A stretch of DNA of 64,000 bases, taken from assembly GCA_976551045.1 (NCBI GenBank), contig CDPCPM010000059.1, forward strand, positions 6,386,001 through 6,450,000, given 5' to 3'. This DNA is from Glaucostegus cemiculus (taxonomy: Eukaryota). Position numbers and translations under genes: made by a program. Below the pieces are notes generated by a model. It saw only the letters and a list, made by a program, of their open reading frames with translations, had not been told where the DNA came from and did no database searches. Shown piece by piece: positions 38,656 to 51,115 of the stretch. Positions within the stretch are counted from its first letter, which is position 1; every line of letters begins with the position of its first letter.

Positions 38656-39214
38656 ACTTGAAAGCACAAACGAAAGAAGTGTGTATTCACACAGAAAGAA
38701 CTGATTTAGCTGGGATCAGTAGATGCACATGGCTTGCTGCCAAGCAGTCCTTCTGTTTGTAAGCAATTATGAAGAGACCTGAAAACACTGTAGAACCTAG
38801 GTTGTTTTCCGTCATTACGATCATACTCATGCCATTATATCAGTTACATTGTCTTTGGATGTTGACGCTTGCATGAGGTGCTTCAAATTATGGATTAGAC
38901 CTATCTCCAGTCATTGAATGGAAATTGGTTCGAAGAAAATAATCACTTATTCAAGTAAATCCAGTTGTATCTGCATCATGTTCATCACATTCAAAGAATG
39001 AATAACAATGCTTAAGTTGACAAAGAGGCATTAAAGATGTCTTTGGAGTGAAAAGATTTCATTAATTTCATTTGGACAGACCATTTCCTTTAGTCCCACA
39101 CTATAAATCTTTGTTAGAAATTTCTGGTGATGTCTACAATGTCTGTGTAGAAATTGCGGAGATGTACTATTCTCCTATCTCAGCATAATTACACAATTGA
39201 ACATTAAACTTTGA

Positions 39215-39430
39215 AACATTCTCCCCGTGTCTGTGTGGGTTTCCTCCGGATGCTCCAGTTTCCTCCCACATTTCAAAGACGTATGGGTTAGGAGTTGTGG
39301 GCATGCTATGTTGGTGCTGGAAGAGCGGCGACACTTGTGGGCTGCCCCCAGCACATTCTCAGTAATGCAAAAAGACACATTTCACTGTGTGTTTCGATGT
39401 ACATGTGACTAATAAATAAATATCATATCA
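39215..39430 (+). mobile_element. V-SINE with Rex1-type tail, nested in the Gypsy fossil
   Basis: V-domain, then atttcactgtgtgtttcgatgtacatgtgactaataaa. Near-identical to 48900-49095. Confidence 0.8.
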
Positions 39431-39544
39431 TAAATGCTGCTGCAGATACACTATCAAGAATCCTACATGAGAATTCAGACAGTGTGAGAACAACATCTTC
39501 ACAATGAAAGCAATAGACAATGATTTTCTAGTTACAGTGAGGGA

Positions 39545-40230
39545 TAGAATATAGAACATGGAACAGTATAGGACAGGAACAGGTACCTCGGCCAACCATG
39601 TCTGTACAGTTACTTGTCACTTTTATTCTCCATACCACTCCCACTCTGACTTGACCTAGCACTGATTCTTGAGAAAGACCACGTGTCACAGACCTCCAGT
39701 CAGGAAAAATTCCCCTCTACCACTGTCTTCTATGACCAAGCCAATTTTGTATCCAATTTACCAACTCACGGTGGATTCCATGTGATTTAATCTTCTGGGC
39801 CTACCTTTATCTATCATCTATATCACCTTCTCAACAGACTCAATCAAATTTGTGAGACTGGATGTTGCCTCACCAACCGCACCCCCCCACCCCCTCCCAA
39901 CAGAGCCATGCCGACTTTCCCCAATAATCCATGCTTTTCCGAGACCTGTACCTAAGAATCTTCTCCAATAATTTCCCTACCATTGATGTAAAGCTCACCG
40001 GCTCATAATTTCGTGGATTATCCCTGTTGCCCTTCTTAAGCATAGAAACAACAGTGGCTATTCTCCAGTCTTCCGGGGCCTCACCTGTGGTTAAAGAGAG
40101 CACAAAGATCTTGGTCAAGGCTTCAGCAATCTCCTTGCTTTCCATCCTCAATATCATGGAATAGATTCCATCAGGCTTGACCACTTGTCCATCTTCGTGC
40201 TTGTCAAGGCACTCAACAACTCCGCCTTAA
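39545..40230 (-). mobile_element. CR1 LINE fragments nested in the Gypsy fossil
   Basis: ORF 39870..40184: PDGIY...EIAEAL...PEDWRIA.V...KKG.RDNPRNYEPVS. Confidence 0.8.
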
Positions 40231-42449
40231 TACTGATGCTGCCATGAAGACACTAAAAGATATTTTTCAAAATAAGTCTATGAAAAATCTTTGATAGCCT
40301 GAATCAGATGAATAACCAGATATAGGCACAGGACTGTATATACTTAATGACAGCTTGAAGGAACAATGTTGTGTTAGATGGGGACACAGTTGTCGTACCA
40401 GTTGTTGTGGCAAAGACCGATTTTGGAAGAGTTTCACATTGAATGTATTGGTATAGTGAGCATGAAGTCGCATATCAGAATTTGTTTATTGATCTTGGTA
40501 GATAAAGGTCAAATCATTTGTAGATAAATGAAATATCTGTCAAGATTGCAGAGGCAAGCTAGTGAAGATACCTTTTTGGAGCTGGAAATGGCCAAAGAGC
40601 TCTTTCCAAAGAGTACATGATGATTATTGTGATAAACTTATTGCTAGCTTTCTTAATAACTCAAAATGATTGAAGTGAAGCATGTAACACATGCAACACA
40701 GCTTACTATATAAAAACTGAGATTCAATTTCTCATGTAACAGCTTAACTGAAAAGTTAGTCTTTTGTAATAGTCCTCAGTTTTGTTTATTTCAACATAAA
40801 ACAAAATAATATTAAGCACACACCTATTTCACTGTATCATCCAGTGTGAAATGGTGTGGTGGAGGGAATTTCAAAGAAGAAACCGATATAGCAGAGATGC
40901 ATTTATTTAAGGAGACCTTAGTTACTATTTTTTTGCTTAATTGTCAGATACCACATTCCATTACTGGTTATGTTACTGCTGAGATACTAATGCATTGAGA
41001 AAGTAATTGAGATTGCAGCAAAATCTTAAGGGATTAGTGGAAGAGATGTAGTTGAAACAGAAACCAAGTTATGACACAGCAATGAAGAAAGTGATTATAA
41101 ACAGCACAACAGAGTTCAGTATAAACATCACTTAACAAACCTGACATTTGGAAATGGGCTCTTGTCGTGATAGCGGAATATATGGTACAAAGATATATTT
41201 GTGAAAATGGGAGATAGAATGTGCACACTTAATTCCTTTGAAGATTATAAAAGAAACGATCAAAGAGTTATGCGATTATGAGAAGTTGATCTGGAGTAAA
41301 CTGCAGAAGTAACAATGCAAGATTCTACTGAAGTGATAGCTTCCTCATCAAGTTCTTATGCTTATCTTAAGCACATGATGAGAGAGAAAGAGGTGATTTA
41401 GTCACTTGGGCACATGTGAGCTCCCTGTGGAGCAATCCCATTCATCTCACTCCCCCTCTCCTTATTTCCCCATACTCCTGCCATCTATTCTTTCTCATAT
41501 ATGTCCATCAACACCTCTTTGATTCTTTTTGCCATTCACCTACAATAAGAAGTGATTTACAGTTGCTTATTAACCTACCAAGTTGATGTCTCATTCTCAT
41601 ACATTGAAATAATCAGGTAAAAGTAACATTTATTTAAGGACTTTTGAAAGACGTCAAGATGCTTTACTTTCATGCAATTTCTATTTCAATGGTTCACTGA
41701 AAATTTGCATTAAGCATTTCAATTTCAACCAGAATCTAACCAGAGAAGACAGCTGATGGTTTTTAGAGTGCCTTTTATGTTGTAAGGGAATATAGAACAT
41801 CTGAAAACTACATTGCAAATACACAAACTGAAATTTTGCAACAGAACTGCAAAGGAACACTGCCCTGTGCAGAAATGACTTTAGCATCATAATTAACACA
41901 TTAAGACATGCTTCCAAGTTCTATTCAAATGCATCATCCTTGCAACCCTGATGTGATTTCTCCATGCAGTGCTTCGTTTAGATCTTTGCTGGGAAACTTT
42001 AGACCATTGCAATGCATTCCTGGGACAACTTTCTCTTGCTCCCTTCATGTAAGTAAATCCTTGTGTCTGCTCAACTACCTGCACTGGACTGTCCTTCACA
42101 ATACCACTGATCTTCTACCATTCCCACCCTCCTCTCTTCAATCACTGATTGATGTCTTTTCTTCTCCTCAACCCCATGAGTTGGTCTCCATTACTGACCT
42201 CTCCCACTTCAGACATGATGTCCCTCTCCCTCACTGATTTTCTTCCCCCTTTCCTAATGCTGCTCTCTGGTATCCTTGAATGCCCCCAGATGTTGCTGGT
42301 CAGCCCAATGCCCAATCACCCATGTCCATGCTGCCTTCCCCTGTCCTAATTGCAGGCTGACATGGCAAGAGTACTGGGTGACAGATCTTTTCAGCTGAAA
42401 ATGTGTAACTTTAAGTTTCTTGTGACCAAGACCAAAATGCTGCTTGTCA

Positions 42450-43035
42450 GAGAGTTATACAGCATGGAAACAGGTCCTTTGGTCCAACTCGTCCATGCCA
42501 ACCAAATTGTCTCCCTTAGCGAGCCCCATTTGCCTGCATTAGGTCCATATCCCTCTAAACCTTTCCTATTTGTGTATCTGTCCAAATATCATTTAAACAT
42601 TGTAACTTTAAGCATGTCTACAGCTTGCTGTAGCAGCTCAACCCATATACACACCACCCTCTGTATTGAAAAGATTGGCCTTCAGGTCCCTTTTAAATCA
42701 TTCCCCTTTTACCTTCAACCTATGGCCTCTAGTTTTAGTTTCCCCCTACCCTGGGGTAAAGTCTGTGACCATTCATCTTATCTATGCTCCTCATGACTTT
42801 ATAAACCGCTATAAAGTTACCACTCAGCCTCCAACGCTCCAGGGAAAAAAGTTCCAGTCTATCCAATCTCTCCTTATAACTCGAAACCTCCAGACCTGGT
42901 AACATTCTTGTGAACCTATTCTGCACCCTCTTCAGCTTAATGACATCCTTCTTATAGCTGGGCAACCACAACTGCACACAATACTCTAAGTGTGGTCTCA
43001 CCAACGACTTGTCCCACTGCATCAACACCATCCCA
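42450..43035 (-). mobile_element. CR1/HER1 3' end
   Basis: LVRPHLEYCVQLW...RFTRMLPGL; GLEGYGPNAGKW. Confidence 0.88.
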
Positions 43036-43929
43036 GCACACCCTCTTCAGGTGATAATGTTATAATAAGATTTTATTCTTAAAATGGTTTCATTCTGTAA
43101 GTAGCTCTGTAAAGCTTCTCTATAAGGGTTTTCAATGACTACAGTTTGCAGTCGGAAGCTGGACCTTTGGATAACATTGTGCTTTGATATTAGTTGCTGT
43201 GAAAATGCCCAAATCATTTTGAGATAAACTTACACTCCTGAGTTATGTAGCTTATTTACACAATGTACACCGCAGTTATTAATGAAATATTTCTTGACCT
43301 GTTACAGATAAAAACTCCTTTACTTTTCAGGAGCTCTGTGTGGGTGGATGCAGGCAGAGAGTCAGAGATGATAATGTGGATTGGTATTCAGGGGATTCAT
43401 TCAGTGAAAGGGCTTCTCAGTTGCAGTCCTCAGTCCCTGGGTGAGTCTACGTGTGGAATGAAGAGTAAACAGCAAAGGAATCATAAACAATGAGAAGTTC
43501 ATAAGAGAGTGTTATAGAAGTAATATAAAGGTAAAATAGGCTAGGGGAATGAATTGTAGTGTGACTTTGATGTAAAATAATAAGTACATTTAAAAGCAGC
43601 AATTATAAAATGAAAACAAAGGAGGATAAGTATAAATTTTGCAGGAATTGGATCTTGGTGTAAGTACCAGCAATCACCAGCCAATGACCTTTAACAATAA
43701 GATTGGCAATGTTAGAGAAACAAGGGCAATTGGAGTATTTGAGTTCAAGTTTAATTTCAAGTTTATTATTGTCATAGGCATACATACGCAAGGTATAAAT
43801 GCCATGAAAATTAGCTTTTTGCAGCAGCAGCACAGTACATTACAAGAGAGAAAAAAGAAGTATAGCCTGAGGTAGTGTTAGGGTTTTGAGTGTGAATGTG
43901 AATACCTGGTGGCTGTGCTACTGGAAGAA

Positions 43930-44130
43930 TAAAAATGCAGAGGCTGGAAATCCATAACACAAACAGAGCTCTCAACATATCAAGCAGTGGGATAAGTAAC
44001 AGAGTCAACAATAAGGGTCGAAGACCCTTCATGGGAACTGGAAAAGTGACAAGAAAATCACATTTAGAGTTACTGAGAGGTGGAGAGAACAGAGGAAATG
44101 TCTGTGATAGGGATACAGACCAAGCATGAA
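43930..44130 (-). mobile_element. Penelope pseudo-LTR remnant
   Basis: tgcagaggctggaaatc...gaagacccttcatgggaactgg. Confidence 0.5.
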
Positions 44131-45024
44131 ACTCGTAAAACTGAGCTAGGTGGTTCTAGTTAGTCTCTGAAAGATAGGTTAATAGTGAGACAAACACCTT
44201 TATGAATTTTCAATTTTCTTTGAATTTTTGAGATATTTTACTCTCCTGATATTAATTTACTTCATACTACTTGACTTTTACTGCTGCTTAAATAGCATCA
44301 TAAAATGAAGCTGAGAATTCCAATGCTTTAGCCATGTTTTCATACATCGAGTTGTGAAAAAAAGACAGGTTGTGTCTTCTTACAAGTAAAGAATATTCAC
44401 ACTAAAACTTTTTGATTTATTGAAATAGGAATGGCATGTATTGACAACAGGCAAATGTCTTTGTCCATGTATCTGTTAAATATCTCAAGCTACTTCTGAA
44501 AAATAATATTTATTAATAAAGTCACAGTGTGAAGTTTAATGTTAAAATTCTCAACAGGACTGAGATAATAAATATTCTATCCTGGAAAAAAGTGTAAAAA
44601 AGAACACAATTGGGCAGTTTTTCATAATTCAACAGTGAATTGTGATAAACCACAATCTTCAACAGTTTTAAATTATTCACCCCAACCAAAGGCACATGTC
44701 AATGAACGCATTAAAGCAGATATTTTTAATGCTTCCCAATAGTTGACCTGTTGGCATTACAAAGTGCTGCAAGTATAACTGGATTATTTGATTGCCTGCT
44801 ACTGTAATTCTGCATTGTGAAGTGAGAAGTTCAAGGAATTTAGAAAATTATATTCTTCATTTTGTGGCTATCACATTGTATTGCTAACACACTGAAATTT
44901 AATCTACTTTCACAATACTTTAGTAAGGTTAGCTTTTCTCTCATTTAATGCAGATCAAGCAACATTGTTAAATGTGGACCTCGGTCTCATGTTCAGAAAT
45001 TCTTATTTTTCATATTTTCAAGAA

Positions 45025-45380
45025 AGTTGAGTGAGACATGAATCTAGGCTGACCCTTTAATACCATACTGAGGGACTGATGTAGTTCTGGCAATGCTGAC
45101 TTCTGCAGGAGATGTTCAACTGAATATACTCTTGGGTGAATGTAAACAATCTCACAAAACTACTTTCTGACCAATACTCATCCCTCAATTAAAATAATTA
45201 AAGTAGAACATTAGATCATAATCACATTGCTATCTGTGGGTGCTTGATCTTTGGAAATTGTCTGCTGACTTTCCAACATTACAATAATCAAGGCACTTCA
45301 AAAAGTGTATCATTGATTGTGCATTGCTTTTGGATGTGACAAGATCATAAAATGTGCTATATAAATGCACATACTTTTCT
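45025..45380 (+). mobile_element. Deu-domain SINE (SacSINE1/AmnSINE1-like)
   Basis: aatctaggctgac...tactgaggga...ccaatactcatccctcaa...atcacattgctatctgtggg...gtgctatataaatgca matches the recalled Deu-SINE consensus. Confidence 0.7.
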
Positions 45381-46350
45381 ATAGGCCAAATGATTGATGG
45401 ATCTCTAGCTTTGAACTTCATCCATCTAATGTGTTTATTTTAATACATTTAATTTGCAGTGCTGTGCGTTAAGACAACAGGAATGGTACAGCTGATTGGG
45501 CATTGAACAATTAGCTCTTATAAAGGGATCACAGAGTGAATGTCTTCCTATTTTGCTGCATCATTCTATTGTATGACAAAAATCAAAAACTGTAAATGCT
45601 TCCAGTGTACATGTGGGTCTCTCAACAAAAATGGGTTAGTGTCTATGGGATAGGACTTTAAAATGAGATGTAGTTAACACTTAAGGTGGGAATTATATAG
45701 AAGTATAATATATAAATGGGACCACCCTGTTTTCAGAGGTTGTTACCAATTCATTCCAGCAGCTTCTCATGACTGGCCTCTCCTTAGAATGGTTTGGTTC
45801 CACAGGTTTCAATAGTTAATTCCACCAAGAGACAATTCTTTGTTGTGATCTGTTCAGTGAGCATTAGCAGAAGATGGGCCAACCTTTCAAATGAGCTACA
45901 AATCCATGAGCTTGGGTAAATTATAAACAGAGGAGTGTGTTCCCAAAATAGGGCACTGGTCTGCTGTGAACAGATAGTCATCAGGTAGTCCCAAAATTAC
46001 AAAGAGAAAAGTCAACATTGAAGGCAGGGCAATTATCGTCCAGGTATTGGTACTTCAATGCATTTTGCAACATTTGAAGTCCCTGGTACCTCCATCTTTC
46101 TAGTAATGATTCAGATTTACCCTGGTTTGCTTTATTTTAATGATTGAAGTATTTATGATTTATCTGAACCCATGAACGCTACTATCTCGTTATTCCTTTT
46201 TTTGGCACTATTTATTTATTTTTGAAATTTATAATAACTTTATATCTTTGCACTGTACTGCTGTCACAAAACAACAAATTTCACATTGTATAAGTCAGTG
46301 AAAATAAATCTGATTTTATTCGAAATAAATACAATTTGCTGGCTTCCATT

Positions 46351-47256
46351 TCAGAATCAGAATCAATTTATTGTCACTTTCACGTATACATGAAGGCGAG
46401 ATATCGTTTCTCCACAGGCCAATGTGCAAAAGACATTAAAGACAATAAAGGACAACGGGACAAAAACATCAAAACATTAACAGCCCCCCAGCCTCACCCC
46501 GCACCGACGACCACCTCCAACCCCCGCAGTCCTACAACCTCAGGGCCCACAGTCCATCAACAACCTCCGGCCTGCAGTCCGACAGTCCGACCACCTCCGG
46601 CCCCGCAGTCCGACCACCTCCGGCCCCGCAGTCCGACCACCTCCAGCCCCGCAGTCCGACGACCTCCAGCTCCTTTGCCTCTGGCCTTGCAGTCCGACCA
46701 CCTTCGGCCCCGCAGTCCGACGACCTCCGGCTCCTTCGCCTCCGGCCCCGCAGTCCGACGACCTCCGGCTCCTTCGCCTCCGGCCCCGCAGTCCGACGAC
46801 CTCTGGCTCCTTCGCCTCTGGCTCCGCAGGCTGACGACCTCCGGCCCCGCAGGCCGACAACCTCCGGCTCCTTCGCCTCTGGCTCCGCAGGCCGATGACC
46901 TCTGGCCCCGCAGGCTGACAACCTCTGGCTCCTTCGCCTCCGGCTCCGCAGTCCGACGACCTCCAGCCCCGCAGGCCGACCACCTCCGGCCCGAGCAGCC
47001 CCCTCACTGCCCGCATCCCGATGCCACCACGAGGCTGCAGGGCCTTCGACACGCTGTTGCCTCCGATGAGCTCCGACGAGCCGTCGGAGCCGTCAGTACA
47101 GACAACGACTCCATAAAACGAACACCAAGCACACAAACATCAGGAGCAAAGAACACACAAAAAAAAAAGCACAAAAAAACACTAAAAGACTAACAAAAAA
47201 GCACAAGCACTACAGACCTGGGAGAGGCCGCTGCAACTATGTGCGCCGCCATCTTG
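46351..47256 (-). mobile_element. Non-autonomous element with GC-rich VNTR and Rex1/Babar 3' tail
   Basis: The minus strand starts CAAGATGGCGGCG and ends cctgtggagaaacgatatctcgc...gtgacaataaattgattctgattctga. Confidence 0.75.
46495..46992 (+). repeat. GC/CpG-rich VNTR (23-bp gcagtccgacgacctccggcccc plus 15-bp ggctccttcgcctcc subunits)
   Basis: Directly visible tandem units. Confidence 0.95.
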
Positions 47257-47414
47257 AATTTCCTTCCTTTGCATAATTTGGATGGTATTTGTCTTTTACA
47301 CACATGTTTCAAGACCTCTTGCTTGTGCCTTTGAGTATTTAAACTCCCCATTACTGCAGTTTCTTTATTCTTCAGAGGAGTTTCATTCTGTTCCCTCACC
47401 TTAGTGAAATATAA

Positions 47415-47750
47415 GAAATAGAAACAGGAGAATGCCATTTGGTCCCTCATGTCTACTCCAGCAATAAGATCGCAGTTGGCTTTTTACCTCAGCAACACTC
47501 TGCTGCAAAAATTCCATATATTTTCATTTCATTAATATATAAAATTCTAGTGATCTGTTTTGAAAATACTCAATAATTGAGCCTCTACAACTCTTTGAGG
47601 CAGAGAATTCCATGGGTGCATCACCGTCTGACTCCCGAATAGCTGAACCCTCATTCTGAGACTGTGACCCCTGGTTCCAGATACCCCAGCCAGAGAAACA
47701 TCAACTGTGTCCTGTCAAGCCCCATAAGATCTTACATGTTTCAAATAGAG
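47415..47750 (-). mobile_element. Decayed CR1 3' end
   Basis: ataagaaatagaaacaggagaatgccatttggtccctc...ggcagagaattcca. Confidence 0.6.
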
Positions 47751-48122
47751 ACCAGGCCAGCTGGGTAAGTGAGTTGCTCTGATTCCAAGTTTGTCTGAGA
47801 TAACTTTACTTTCAAACCTTTGTTTTGTTTTAATCATGCTCCTTCAATCATACTGCACTGAATTATTGATTCCAGGCACAACACAATTATCATGTGTGCT
47901 CTAGCGATCATTTTTTCATCATTGAAATTAACATTTTTAATCATGCTTTGGTAAATTATTGATCAGTCTTCGTATTGCAAATATCAGTTCAATCACACCG
48001 GAATGAATAGTTGTATCTCATGAAGATATCTCTGTCATTGAAGCCCAGATAAATTATTCCACCTAACTCATTCTTTCTCTACCCAACAATAATGGCACAG
48101 AATAGGTGGGGATTAATTAATC

Positions 48123-48290
48123 GAGACACAAGAGACTGAACTGCTGTAATCTGGGACAAAGAACAAACTGCTGGAGGAATTTAGTGGACGAGGCAGCATC
48201 TGTGAAGACAAAGGGATTATCGATATTTTGGGTTGAGAAGTCCTGATGCAGGGACCTACTCAGTTCTTCCAGCAGTTTGATTTTTGCTTG
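48123..48290. mobile_element. Miniature Penelope-derived fold-back insertion
   Basis: aaactgctggaggaattta ... cagttcttccagcagttt are inverted, and attaatc lies on both flanks. Confidence 0.6.
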
Positions 48291-48414
48291 GAATTGATTA
48301 ATCAACTATCCAATAAAGTCATTATGGGAAAAGTACATCTTCCTTTCACACGTACATGGCAGAGTCCTTGTCCTGCTTTCCTGTTGGATTTTGCTCAATG
48401 AGTCAAGTGAAGGG

Positions 48415-48820
48415 TGGCACACTGGCACAGCAGTCAGAGCTATTGCCCTTGCCTCACAGCTCCAGCAACCAATGTTCAACCCTGACCTCCAGTACTGCCT
48501 GTGTAGAATTTGCACATTCATGTCCCGACGGTGTGGGATTCCTCTGGGTAGTCCGGTTTTGTCCGCATCCAAAGGGACATGCTGGTAGGCTAACTGGTTA
48601 TTGTAAATTACCCCTACTGTAGATGGGTGGCAGGAGAATTAAATGTTATTGATGAGCACATGCGAGGGAATAGGCTGTAAGCCAGTAAGTAGGGCTGATG
48701 GTTGGAGAGGACTCAATGGGCTGAGGGGTCTTTTTCTGCGCTGTATCTCTTTATGGTTCCATAACTCTATAGAATGGGGCTGATGAGAATGCCCTGAGAG
48801 TCAGCAGAGTCTTGATGGCA
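48415..48820 (+). mobile_element. Old V-SINE
   Basis: tRNA-like head ggcacagcagtcagagctattgcc...tcacagctccagc, then the V-domain. Confidence 0.65.
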
Positions 48821-49095
48821 GGCACGGTAGCATAGTGGTTAACGTAATGCTTTACAGCGCCAGAGACCTGGGTTCAAATCCGGCCACTGTCTGTGAGGAG
48901 TTTGTATGTTCTCCCCATGTCTGTGTAGGTTTCCTCCCACATTCCAAAGATGTACAGGTTAGGAAGTTATGGCCATGCTATGTTGGCATCGAAAGCATGG
49001 CGACACTTGCGGGCTGCCCCCCAAAATCACTACACAAAAGATGTATTTCACTGTGTGTTTCGATGTACATGTGACTAATAAAGATCTTATCTTAT
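48821..49095 (+). mobile_element. Full-length V-SINE with Rex1-type tail
   Basis: A-box tagcatagtgg, B-box gggttcaaatcc, V-domain, and tail tttcactgtgtgtttcgatgtacatgtgactaataaa. Confidence 0.85.
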
Positions 49096-49165
49096 AATCT
49101 CCTTCCACATCTTAAGACAGAATGAGAAATATGAGTTGATCTGTAAAGTTGAAAAGCAAACTAAA

Positions 49166-51115
49166 ATTGGTAAATTAGTAAATTGGTTTATGGTGCCAGA
49201 GCGTGGTGATGTGTTTCAAGCTGCTCTCTGCATATCAACTCATTACTTTTACACTTTCTACACTTATAAATTTAAATTCTATTTCCCTAAGTATTGCTAA
49301 TAATGTTCCCTGTAGCTGTGACACTTTAATCTGTATTCTGTTATTTTACCCTGTACTACCTCAACGCACTGTGTAATGAATTGATCTGTATGATCTGTAT
49401 GCAAGACAAGTTTTTCACTGTAGCTTGGTACAAGTGACAATATACCAATACCAACATTGTTTTGCATGCCATCCATACAGAACCATGAAATCCCTCATCC
49501 CTCATCCCTCATCCCTCCATCCCTCCCGCCAACACCAAAGGATGCTAGGCGTACAGAAATGCACCAGCACTTTAAATATCCATTGTCTGCTGCCTCAGTA
49601 CGCTCACTTTAAGATTGTTTATTCGAGTCGGTATTTAATTTTGTGGTTCCAATGTTGTTAATGTCTTTCTGTCTTTGTGTCTCTCATTGTTTTTTTTATG
49701 TGATGAGCACCTTGATCTGTGGAATACGGTATTTCGCTCCTATGCATGCTGAATGTGTATATAGTAGTGACAATAAAACTGATCCTGATTCTGATTACAA
49801 CAGTGTACTGAGGTAGTACAAGGGAAAACAATAACAGAATGAAGAATAAAGTGTTACAGTTTCAGAGAAAGTGCAGTGCAGGCAGACAATAAGGTGCAAG
49901 GCCATAATGAGGTAGATTGTGAGGTCAGGTGTCCATCTTATTGTACTAAAGGAACATTCAATAGCCTAATAACAGTGAGATAGAAGCTATCCTTGAACCT
50001 GGTGATATGTGCCCTCAGGCTTTGGTATCTTCTGGCCGATGGGAGTGAAAAGAAGAGAGAATGTTCATGGAGAGTGGGGTCTTTGATTTTGTCGGCTGCT
50101 CTACTGAGGCAGCAGAAGTGTAGACAGAGTCCATAGAGGGAAGCCTGGTTTCTGTGATGTTCTGAGCTGTGTCTATAACTCTGTGCAGTCTCTTGCAGTC
50201 TTGGGCAGAGCTGTTACTATACCAAGCTGTGATGCATCCAGACAGGATGCTCTTTACAGTGCCTCTATAAAAATTCGCAAGGGTCCAAGGGGAGGTGCCA
50301 AATTTCTTCAGTCTCCTGAGGAAGGAGAGGTGCTGGTGCACTTTCTTGACCATAGCATCAATGTAGTTGGACCAGGATGGGCTATCAGTGATATTCACTC
50401 CTAGGTACTACCCTCTTGACCTTAGCACTGTTGATGTAAATAGAAATGTGGTCACCTCCCCCTTCCTGAATTCAATGACCAGATCTTTTGTTAACATTGA
50501 GGGAAAGGTTACTGTCATGTCACCATGTCACCAAGCTCTCTATCTCCTTCCTGGACTCCAAATCATCGATATTTGAGATTTGGCCCACTATGGTGGTTTC
50601 ATCTACAAATTTGTAGTTGGAGTAAGAGCAGAATCTAGCCACACACCTGTGGGTGTATCAGGAGTAAAATAAGGGGCTGAGGATGCAACCTTGTGGGACA
50701 TCAGTGTTGAGAATAATCGTGGCACAGGTGTTGCTGCCTATCCTCACTGAATGCAGTCTGTTGGTCAGGAAGTCAAGGATCCAGTTGCAAAAGGGAGGTA
50801 TTGTCTCAGGTCGACAGCTAGGTGGTTGAAGAAAAATTTGCTTAGAAATATGGTACTGTAGGTGCAGCTGTAGTCAATAAACAGTAGTTTAACATACTAT
50901 AGGCGTCTTTACTGTCCAGATGCTCCAGCAATGATTGTAGGGCCAGGGAACTGTTTCAGAGGGAGGGAAATTGCAATGGGTCAAAGTTATCCTGGAGGCT
51001 GGAGTTGATATGTGCCATGACCATCCTTTTGAAGCACTTCATGGTGGATGTCAGATCCACCAGGCGGTAGTCATTAATGCATGTTACCTTATTTTTCTTA
51101 AGTACCGGGATGATA
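49166..51115 (-). mobile_element. Rex1/Babar LINE RT fragment with two nested opposite-strand Rex tails
   Basis: ORF 50015..50398: SWSNYIDAMVKKVHQHLSFLRRLKKFG...FYRGTVKSILSGCITAWY. Inserts at ~49195-49455 and ~49490-49796. Confidence 0.82.

Larger units (their letters stand above)
38080..41400 (+). mobile_element. Fossil Gypsy (Ty3) pol: RT - RNase H - integrase, fragmented
   Basis: YLTINTH (38144); VDKEAL and VFGVKRFH (39016-39062); AADTLSR (~39440); WGH.VVVP (~40380); WKWPKSSFQRVHDDY (40583); NSPQF (~40768); SLYHPV*NGVVE (~40830). Domain order is that of Gypsy. Confidence 0.8.

Noticed and set aside
46495-46992. Repeat array superficially like CRISPR
   Set aside because: No unique spacers, no cas genes, and a vertebrate context.
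46336-47193. 285-aa Pro/Ser-rich ORF and overlapping antisense ORFs
   Set aside because: The GC-rich VNTR lacks stop codons in several frames. The start is non-ATG and lies at the retroelement tail, so this is not a credible gene.
48821-48890. tRNA-like A/B boxes
   Set aside because: This is the head of a SINE and continues into the V-domain; there is no full cloverleaf.
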